Part shown: piece after piece, positions 28,407-37,100 of the stretch
How the letters are laid out: each line of letters begins with the position of its first letter
How positions within the stretch are numbered: the first letter of the stretch is position 1
Virus record (IMG/VR): IMGVR_UViG_3300020193_000003
Direction: 5' to 3' (one strand)
From: a virus
Length of the DNA stretch: 64,000 bases
Notes under the pieces: generated by a model
What the model was told of the DNA's origin: nothing
The model's database searches: none
What the model saw: only the letters and a program-made list of their open reading frames with translations
Translations under genes and position numbers: made by a program

Positions 28407-31157
28407 ATGACTCGTAGAAAGATAGGTTTTGGGCGCAGGGGTCGCGACTCGTTCGTCGACGACAAGACCGACGTCGCCCTGTCGTCCGTGACGCAGCTGG
28501 CGGAGACCTTGAGGACGAAGGTCATGCGACCCATCGGCGCCGGGCTCCTCCCCCCGCCCCACCTGGTGAGGAACGCCGACTCGGACCCCTACATCTACGA
28601 GGGGATCCCGTGGATCAACAGGGGCCGCGGGATAATCGACCCGACGCCAGGCAACGTGCAACCACTCAACAGAAGGCTGAGAAGGGAGGCGCAGGCAAAC
28701 CTCGGAACCCCGGCGCGAATCGTCGCGATGCGACCAAGTCCCATGGTCACCATGAGCCACGCGGACGGGCCCGTGGCGGCCATGGTCGATCCGAGAATTC
28801 TGTCTCGCCCAGAGAACATCATCCCGATCGACGAATTCTCGGGGCCGATGCAGGAGATTGAAACCCGCGTCGACGCGATTCTCGGGCCCAAACCGGCGAC
28901 GCTCAAGGAGGCGACGGACAACCTCAAGAAATTGGAGAACATCGTCAATTCGGGGGTCGCCAACGGCAACAACTTCCTGCTTGACCTCCCGTATTTTGCG
29001 GCGCAAATGCAACCAGGGTTGGCTCGGGTCAGCCCCAGGTTTGCCGGGCCGGCCACGCCGATGTCCAGTTACGACTACGGGTTGTACTACGGGATTGCGG
29101 TCAACCTGATCGATTATCCCGAGGCCTTCAGGGATGTTCATTTGACGATCACGACGATCAACAATCCCGACGAGCAAACCCCAGAAACAATTGGGGCGAA
29201 CACGGCGTCCCCGCCGTCCTACTTCAAGATTTCCCCGAAATCCGAGTCCAGGAGGGAAGTTCCGGGAGGAACGCCCATGATGCTCCTGAGTCAGGTCAGG
29301 GCGGACACCGGTGTCAACGACATGTCGGGAGCCAAAATTCACCCAACCGGAGGGAAAGCCACCACCGGCGCGCGCCTGCCGCAAATCGTTTCCTTTCCCA
29401 CATACAAGAGCGACGGCCAGAAGGCAACCAAATTGATGTACGGCCAACAAGCCATCCACGAACTTGAAATTCCGGAAGATTACATTGAGAAATTGGAGCA
29501 AAATCTGGCTTTTTGGGAAAAGGTCCTTGCGGCGACGGGGGTGGCGCGACAATCGCTCATCGACTCCACGGTCTCGTCCGTGGCGCTGGGTTATTTGCAG
29601 GAAATGCAAAACCTGCAAGGGAAAATATCGCAACTCAAAGACATGACGTCCCAAACGCCCCATCCGAACGCCCTGCAGTCGGTCCGGGCGCTGGAACAGA
29701 GAATGTCGGAACTCTACTCCGAGTCCCAAAAAGCGGTCGCGATGGTGACGGCGATGCACGAAATGGGCCACGTGCTCGACTATGTGGGCGAGTACAGAAG
29801 CTCCCCGGACTATTTGAACGCAATCGCCCAGACGTCCAGTGGCTTGAACAGCCAGTACGAGATGGATCGCGACTTGGGCGTCGCCCAAGCAATTGCACAG
29901 GGTTTGGACCACCCCATAAAGGCGGACCTAGCGGAAAATCTGTCAAGGAAGTTCGTCAAGGAAAAACTCCTGCAAATGATTGGGATCATATCCAGGAGGA
30001 AATCATTGCCGCAGGTGCGGGCGATGGCGCAGGTCGTCGGAGACGGGCTCATGGCGATGGATGCCTCCCTGAAGGGCATGCTCCGCAAGCGGGCTTCCCC
30101 GGCCGACACCGAATCCGACGTCAAAATTGTCACTCGCGTTTGGTACGACATCCTCGCCCGCGAAGTGGGCGACATCAACAGTAGAATTATGCCGGGAACG
30201 CTGATCGCGCCGCTTGTCAACTCGCAAGTTATTGAGCCCAGGCTGGTGTCCGATCCAGCGAAATTGACGAAGATGGCCGAACAGGCCATAAGCCAGATCA
30301 GGAAAATAGGGGAGGACAGCATCGCCGCGTTCGCCGACCCCGGGGCCAGAGAGCAGTACGACTTCTACGTTGAATCCATAGATGCCCTCATCAAGGCGGC
30401 GGAGGAAAGAATCAGTCTCTTTCCTCGTCCCCAACAACGTGCGATCGCACTGGCGGTGACGGCGATAGCGGCCCACAACAGCTACCTGGAAGGGTTCAAA
30501 GCCTTCATGCTCAACACGAGCCAGGAGATGAATGATCTAGCGCAGGAAGAACAAGCTCTCGCGTATCTAGCCCCCTGGTTCGGGAACAACGTTACCCAGG
30601 AGGACATGGACCAGGCAGTCCTCAACAACGGCAGGAAGATCATGACCGATTTGTTGACCGTCAACCCCGCGATGGTCCGGGAGTTCATGGAGATCTACGG
30701 ACGCAACGAAGGCAAACCGTGGTTTGACGGCGCCGGAGCGTTTGATGCGACCGAGTACCTGAAGGACATCCTGGGGGGTGGGCCAAACAACCTGAAGGGC
30801 ATAACTTTTGCCGAGCTGGTGATGGTGATAAACCAATGGCACGGAACCCAAGGAACCAACGGTTGGAAGAATCTCACCGACAAGGAGATAGGGCTCATTC
30901 GGTCCGCCGTTGACAAACTCACCGAATACGGCGGTCCGGCGGATTACGATTTCGTGATTCCTTTGCCAAAGTTCCAAATGTCAACCAACAAGGAAACCTA
31001 CGCCGAGCTGCATCCGATGATCCTGATGAGAATGGAGCGAATGTTGCAAAGGCTCACCGCCGAGGAGAGGCGAGCGGTGGAGCGTCTGTACGAAGAGATG
31101 ATCGCAAGGGCCAGAGCCGTCATAAACCGCACCAACCAGGGAGGCACAACGCCATGA
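28407..31157 (+). CDS. 916 aa protein: shared tag, AAM linker, HExxH zinc-metallopeptidase-like domain
   Basis: LPPPHLVRNADSDPYIYEGIPWINRGRGIIDPTPG at 28548-28652; DGPVAAM 28764; HEMGH 29757; TEYG...TNKETYAE near 30993. Confidence 0.8.
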   Translation: MTRRKIGFGRRGRDSFVDDKTDVALSSVTQLAETLRTKVMRPIGAGLLPPPHLVRNADSDPYIYEGIPWINRGRGIIDPTPGNVQPLNRRLRREAQANLGTPARIVAMRPSPMVTMSHADGPVAAMVDPRILSRPENIIPIDEFSGPMQEIETRVDAILGPKPATLKEATDNLKKLENIVNSGVANGNNFLLDLPYFAAQMQPGLARVSPRFAGPATPMSSYDYGLYYGIAVNLIDYPEAFRDVHLTITTINNPDEQTPETIGANTASPPSYFKISPKSESRREVPGGTPMMLLSQVRADTGVNDMSGAKIHPTGGKATTGARLPQIVSFPTYKSDGQKATKLMYGQQAIHELEIPEDYIEKLEQNLAFWEKVLAATGVARQSLIDSTVSSVALGYLQEMQNLQGKISQLKDMTSQTPHPNALQSVRALEQRMSELYSESQKAVAMVTAMHEMGHVLDYVGEYRSSPDYLNAIAQTSSGLNSQYEMDRDLGVAQAIAQGLDHPIKADLAENLSRKFVKEKLLQMIGIISRRKSLPQVRAMAQVVGDGLMAMDASLKGMLRKRASPADTESDVKIVTRVWYDILAREVGDINSRIMPGTLIAPLVNSQVIEPRLVSDPAKLTKMAEQAISQIRKIGEDSIAAFADPGAREQYDFYVESIDALIKAAEERISLFPRPQQRAIALAVTAIAAHNSYLEGFKAFMLNTSQEMNDLAQEEQALAYLAPWFGNNVTQEDMDQAVLNNGRKIMTDLLTVNPAMVREFMEIYGRNEGKPWFDGAGAFDATEYLKDILGGGPNNLKGITFAELVMVINQWHGTQGTNGWKNLTDKEIGLIRSAVDKLTEYGGPADYDFVIPLPKFQMSTNKETYAELHPMILMRMERMLQRLTAEERRAVERLYEEMIARARAVINRTNQGGTTP

Positions 31158-31522
31158 ACGACGAGGAATTTATCAAAATAAGACGGGAAATAGAGTCGAT
31201 GACCAAAGACGATATCCACACCAAATTCAATTTGCCCAGAGAGATGGACTTGAGCGAGTTGCCGATGATAGACGCGACCGCGGACAGGTTCTTCCCACCA
31301 CGCGTCCATCCGTTGGCGAAACAGATGGTTGCACGCCTACTGGACCATTCGATTCAAAATGGAGATAGTCCGTTGCAAACAAGGATAACTATGTCAATTG
31401 CTGTACCGATTATCGCAAAAGCGTTCGCGGGCGGAAACGAGGCGACCTCGGTCGACCTCGAGATTGACGAGCTTGAGCGAATCGGCGACAAAATACGGAG
31501 GTTGATCGACGATGAAAACTGA
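31154..31522 (+). CDS. Small protein (122 aa), coupled to the upstream peptidase-like gene
   Basis: ATGA overlap with GGAGG Shine-Dalgarno. Confidence 0.7.
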   Translation: MNDEEFIKIRREIESMTKDDIHTKFNLPREMDLSELPMIDATADRFFPPRVHPLAKQMVARLLDHSIQNGDSPLQTRITMSIAVPIIAKAFAGGNEATSVDLEIDELERIGDKIRRLIDDEN

Positions 31523-32087
31523 TGACACGGGAGTGAAGGCGGATCCGCTTGGCGGCCTGCTGCCGCAGGAGGTCGTCACCGGCGACATAATGCGCGGCTA
31601 CGGCCCGCGGCGCGGGAACCTCGAGCGGTTGCTGCGCTACTGGAGACCGATAATGAAAAAGCCTGGCGGCTTCCGGAGATGCAGGGTGATCCTGGCGAAC
31701 CACCCCGAGCTCTACCCGCTGAACAACATCTGCGCCTGGTTGCACCACGAGACGACGGGCCTCTGGCCCAACGAGGGTTGCCACCACCCGGGGATGAAGA
31801 ACTGCAGGAGGAAGTTGCGCGGAGTGGTGAACGGGTCGCTGTGGAGCGACTCGGATTTTGACGACCGCATCAGGAAGCTGACGAGGAGGGTGACCAAGAA
31901 GAAGGACCTTCGGTCCAGCGGTGGAATCGACGCGGCGCCACCGTACGAGCCGTTCGTCCCCGTCATCACCGACGACGACTGGGACCACGCCTGGAAGGTC
32001 ATGGACGACTTCGTGAAGATGGAGACGAAGTTCGTCGCATTCGTGTGCGACGACAACAACTGGGAGATGTTCGACTCGGATGTATGA
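31512..32087 (+). CDS. 191 aa phage protein with a Cys/His/Trp motif; head-associated candidate
   Basis: GNLERLLRYW...PGGFRRC...ICAWLHHETTGLWP, a motif I recall from actinophage head-region proteins (unverified). GGAGG Shine-Dalgarno. Confidence 0.7.
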   Translation: MKTDDTGVKADPLGGLLPQEVVTGDIMRGYGPRRGNLERLLRYWRPIMKKPGGFRRCRVILANHPELYPLNNICAWLHHETTGLWPNEGCHHPGMKNCRRKLRGVVNGSLWSDSDFDDRIRKLTRRVTKKKDLRSSGGIDAAPPYEPFVPVITDDDWDHAWKVMDDFVKMETKFVAFVCDDNNWEMFDSDV

Positions 32088-34173
32088 CCTTACGAAGGCG
32101 ACCGAGTGCTGTCCCGGCAAGGAGACGGTGACCAGGACGATCCTGCCGTCCATCGCCGTCTCGAGGGACAGCGTCTACACCCTCCCGTTGTCCGTGGCGA
32201 TGAGCAAGCAACATGCGGTCGACTTCAAGTGCTACCAGCTGGTCAAGGTCGGGCCCCACGCGGAGGTGTACGACCACAGAATCAAGTTCAAGGCCGGTCT
32301 CGTCAGGTCGGACAATCCCGCCGTGCGCGCGGCGCAGGCCGTCGCCGGATCGGTGATCCCGGGCAACCTCTCCAGCTTCAGGAGCCCCGGGCGCTCGGCG
32401 ATGTGGTCGGCGCTCACGCCCGGGGGGAGTTCGCCGATCCCGAGGGCTGGTCCCAACCCCCTCGCCAGGGCCGCCGCCGTCGCGTTCCCGAAGCCCGACA
32501 GGGGGTTCCGTTGCCCGGAGGGATTCCAGTTCGGTGGGCAGTTCACCGACAAGTATTTCTCGACGTGTGGCAAGAAGCTATTCGTCCTCGCCGTGTCCAT
32601 GCTGACGGGTGGCCCGCAGCAAATTCCTCTGAGGTCGCCGCGTCTCACGAGGGAGCTGAACATATCCGGCATCCCGCTCGTCCCGATAGGCAACGCGGGT
32701 CAGGTGTCGTTCACGAGGAGCCCCGACATAGAGATACCAAAGGTCGGCTCGACCAACTTTGGCTCGTACAAGCAGGCGATCAAGAACGTCGCCTCCGAGA
32801 TGACCGAGAGCACGAAGCCCGTCGCCAGGCTGGTGAGGAGGGACGGCGTCGTGCTCACCCCGCTGGTATCCCCATCCGTCCTGAGGACCGTACCCGACAA
32901 CAGGAACATGGAGGATGCCGCTTACATCTCCTACGTCGTGAAGCCGACGCAGATCGGTGGGCGGGAGCTGGGGATGTTCTCTAACAGCGGAATCAACTCG
33001 CTGGTGTATGTGCTCCCCAACGGTGGGACGCTCACCCTGAGGAAGACGCGCAACCTGAGCAACGGTGAGAGACGCAAGCTCGGCAAGCTCGTGGCCGAGG
33101 CGGAGAGGATGCAGAATGGCTCAGACGCCGCCGCCAGGATCGAGCACATCGTTGCGGAGATGGACGGTCCGATCTCGTACGAGCAATCCTTCGGCGACCT
33201 GCGCGGGCCGAACGACATGATCACGATAATCGATCCCAAGACGAAAAGGCAGCGACAGATACGGCGCTGGTACAGGGACGCATTCATGCTCGACAAGGCC
33301 CCCAGCCAGACCTCCTCCCGTACAACGCAGATAGAGGACGAGGCCGGGATGGTCGAAGACCTCAGCTCCGCCATAGGCATGCTGAACCAGGGCGGCCAGA
33401 TCGGCAACATATCCCCAGAGTTGCGAATCCCCGCGATGGACATGAGCAGGGTCGCCGAGAGCAGGCGCCTGAACAACCGCACGACCAACTACAGGATCGG
33501 GGACGAGACATTCATCGCCGTCACTCCCACCGTCGCCAACGAGCACATCGGGGTGATGGTCGCCGCCGAGGTCCAGTCGCAGCTCGGGGCCCTGTCGCCG
33601 GAGGTGTGGTTCGCCGGGTCCGGATCGCGCAGGCCGTACATCATCTCCTACCCAGACGACTCCGAGTCGCTGGGACGGTTCGCCAGGAGCACCGGCATGG
33701 ACCTTGCCGACCCCGAGGACATGGTGAGGTTGATGATCGCCGACGTGCTCACGGACGTTCGCGATCGCAACCCGTCAAACCTCTTCACGGTCGGCGACAC
33801 TTTGCGGAAGAGGACCTTCGCCGGACCTGTCGCATCCTCCGGTGGGGCTGGCCTGACGCGCGACGAGCTTGGCAGGAGGGTGAACGCCCCGAAACTGGTG
33901 GTGCTGAACGAGATCGAGAACTCGATGTACCGGGATTTCTTCATGCGGCTGCGAAAGGAGCAGAGGAGGCGCGCGGAGGCGCTGCTCGAGGAGTTGCTTG
34001 AGCGGGCGAGGAGATTCGATATGGGAGAATTCTTCAGGCGCATGGCGATAGACGGAAGGCTCTCGGAGGCTGAGCGCAGGCACATGGACATAGTCAAGGC
34101 AATATACGAGAACAGGGTGAGGATCCTCTCCGGCTCCCTCAAGTTCGTGAGGAACGTAATAAATGGAATCTGA
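32080..34173 (+). CDS. 697 aa protein: RCxxG..FTD..C motif, EDEAGM linker, C-terminal HipA/PI3K-like (probably degenerate) kinase fold
   Basis: FRCPEGFQFGGQFTDKYFSTC; EDEAGM 33334; NEHIG...LGALSP and DVLTDVRDRNPSNL at 33742-33783. Confidence 0.75.
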   Translation: MYDLTKATECCPGKETVTRTILPSIAVSRDSVYTLPLSVAMSKQHAVDFKCYQLVKVGPHAEVYDHRIKFKAGLVRSDNPAVRAAQAVAGSVIPGNLSSFRSPGRSAMWSALTPGGSSPIPRAGPNPLARAAAVAFPKPDRGFRCPEGFQFGGQFTDKYFSTCGKKLFVLAVSMLTGGPQQIPLRSPRLTRELNISGIPLVPIGNAGQVSFTRSPDIEIPKVGSTNFGSYKQAIKNVASEMTESTKPVARLVRRDGVVLTPLVSPSVLRTVPDNRNMEDAAYISYVVKPTQIGGRELGMFSNSGINSLVYVLPNGGTLTLRKTRNLSNGERRKLGKLVAEAERMQNGSDAAARIEHIVAEMDGPISYEQSFGDLRGPNDMITIIDPKTKRQRQIRRWYRDAFMLDKAPSQTSSRTTQIEDEAGMVEDLSSAIGMLNQGGQIGNISPELRIPAMDMSRVAESRRLNNRTTNYRIGDETFIAVTPTVANEHIGVMVAAEVQSQLGALSPEVWFAGSGSRRPYIISYPDDSESLGRFARSTGMDLADPEDMVRLMIADVLTDVRDRNPSNLFTVGDTLRKRTFAGPVASSGGAGLTRDELGRRVNAPKLVVLNEIENSMYRDFFMRLRKEQRRRAEALLEELLERARRFDMGEFFRRMAIDGRLSEAERRHMDIVKAIYENRVRILSGSLKFVRNVINGI

Positions 34174-37100
34174 GACCTTCTTCTCCACGATCACCGACTC
34201 GGCGACCAACACGACGTTCGCCGTCGTCGTCGTCGACGGGGGGAGGGTCACCGCGCACGGGTCCATGAAGCAGGGCAAGGACTGGGCGGACTGGGTGAAC
34301 CGGGGCAAGAAGTCGTTGGACCAGGTCTCATTGTCTCTGGATCCCTCGTTGCGCATGTCGAAGTTCGTCCCGTTGACGAGGGATAACCTGATGTCGAGGT
34401 ACTCGTCCTTCGGCCCGACCACCGTCAAGGGGCTGGCCAGCATCATAGAGAGCAAGTCCGTCCCCGAGCCCCTCGCGACGAAGTCCGGAAAGCAGGACGC
34501 CAAGGCGGCGGAGGTCAACGAGGAGAAGGCTCCGTCGACGGAGCCGGAAAACGAGCCGGAATCCGAGCCGATAGCGACGTGGCTGCTCGCCGACGTCGGG
34601 ATAAGCATGTTCGACGTCCAGATCAAGGCGGAGGCAATCAACTTCAAGGCGAGGCAATTCGCGAGGAACATGGACTTCGCCTCTTTCGTGACCTGCGTCA
34701 AGGGGTCGAGGGCGACCGTCTCCGAAGGTCGTTGGAGGACCATGCCCGTGGTCGGCCGGCAGGTGTCGGACGTTCTCAACAAGTTCGACAGGAAGATCAA
34801 GACGGGCGCTTTCGCGCATCTCGACAAGCAGGGGTACTTCGAGAAGTTGCTACCGATAGGTATGGCAAACCTGCCCCCGCCGCACCTCGTGCGGAACGCT
34901 GACTCCGACCCGTTCATATACGAGGGAATTCCGTACATAAACGCCGGGAGGGGGATACTTGACCCCACTCCGCCGGGGACCAATCAGGTCGTTCGCGGCA
35001 TCAGGTCCGTCGGCGGGGTTCTCGCAGAGATAGTGGACAAGCCGTCGAGGGTCAGAAGAATGACGAGGCGCGAAGACGAGGCGGACCGCCTGAGGTCCAT
35101 CACCGCGACGACGAACGACCTCAACCGGATAATCCCCGACGCGCGGAGCGAGGCGACAGGGCAGAGCAGGCTCAGGAGGAGGTTGTCGGCGCTCACGGAC
35201 GCAATAGAGCCGGCGAACGTCTCGCCGTTACGGCTTGATCGCCCGGCGACGAGCAGGGAGAGAAGGAGGGTGCTCGAAGGTCAGGCCCGCATCGCCACGC
35301 AGGAAAACCGAACCAGGCGCAATTTCGCGGCCGACGCAGAGGCCGCGATGAGGAATGAGAGGGGTGACTCCCCGGAGACGCCCTCGGTGGTCAGGGCTGC
35401 TGAGCAAAGGACGCCGGGCGAGGTTGTGCCCAGCTCGGGTGACCCGACGCGCGGCGAGAGGGGGAGCGACCCGGGCGGGAGCGGGGGCGGCCTTCTCAAC
35501 AGACTCTCCAGGCGATTCTCCAGAATCTCCAATCGGATCGCCACCGGCGAAGACAAGACGCCAGAGCCAGACTTCGACGACAGGACCGAGATACCGTCCG
35601 CGCCAGTCGAGACGCCGCGCGTGGTGTCGGAGGACCCGTGGGTCATGGACAGGGACACGAGGGAACGCTTGCTCGCGGCGTTGGTCAAGGCCGTTCAGCC
35701 GGGCACGTACGCGACGTTCAGCTCCAGATTCGGGGAGGACGAGGTGGACTGGCCGGATTTCACGCCGTCCGAGCAGTCGGCGCTCCTGCGCGAGCTTGGG
35801 TATCGCCGCGACGAATTGCTCAGCAACGTAGCGGAACTAATGACTCCCGAGTTTTCGGCGGACAAGGACTACAGAAGCGACGGGGTTGTCACCCCGGAAT
35901 CGGTGATGGAAGCCATCGCGAACGATTTCGTGTCGTTGAGGCCGGGTGGGGTGAACCTGTACGCCGACGTGATGTCTCTCGTGGCGATCAACGACATGCT
36001 CTCCTCGAAGGACTTCGAAACAGAAGCAAGGGCGTCCGCGTGGAGGATGATCGACAACAGGAACAGGAGCGTCGTGTCCAAGAGAGCGGACATTCAGCGC
36101 AGGGACGTCAGGGATGCGGGCTCGACGAGAATTCAGGGATCAATCGGGGAGAGGACCGTCATAGCGGGGGAACCGCCGAAACAACCGTCTCCAATCAGGC
36201 CAATGCTCTCCCTCAGCAAACTCCAGCCGATGAGGCTCAGGTACCAGCCGGAGAAGCCGGCCGGGATGAAAGAACTGTCCGAGTACTCCGATGTGGAGCG
36301 AGAGGCGATACTGAGAAGCGCCATAGAGATGAGGGGCAACATCGTTGACTTCCTGCGCCAGAACTTGGGCATCCCGGCTGACACGGAGTTGACCGAGGAC
36401 ATGCTGGCGGATTGGATGTCAAGGCTGGACGAGCAGACCGCTAAGCGGGTCGGCATGTACGCACACAACCTGATCGTCCTTGACGGCATGATACCCCTGG
36501 TCATCGGCTCCGACAAAAATAACGCAGATGTTCAGTGGTCAAGTCTCACCGAACCGGCGAGGAACAGGATCCTCTCGAATGCGAACGTGGGGCTGGTGCC
36601 GCAGGTTCCCAAGACGAACGTCCGCAAGACCAGAACGCGGCCGCCGAAGCCGCCATCCGCACCGCAGACCAGTGCGACGCCGTCACCAGATGCTCCGACA
36701 ACAGTGCCCGGCGTGTCCGTGCCGATCGGTATGTCAACCGCACCAGGGAAGCTTGACGCCTACAAGGGCGACGTCGTCGGCGACTCACTCGACGTTCTGG
36801 ATGTCACGGACCAGGTCGTTACCTGGACCCTCGAGGACGGAACGCAGGAGACCAAACCGATCGCGTCCCTGGGCGCAAACAATCAGTACGACCTAACCAA
36901 CGCGATCATTCAGGACGGCATCACCTACGTGATGGAAAGAAACCTCGGCATCTACAGGGACCCGGCGTCCGGGCTGTACCTGACCGACTACTCGAGGGTT
37001 CCGATATCGGTGGACACGACGATAACGCCCGCGTCGAGGCTGCTACCGGTGCAGAAATCAAGGAACATGCCGGTGCGAAGCTATCCGCAGATCACCCTGA

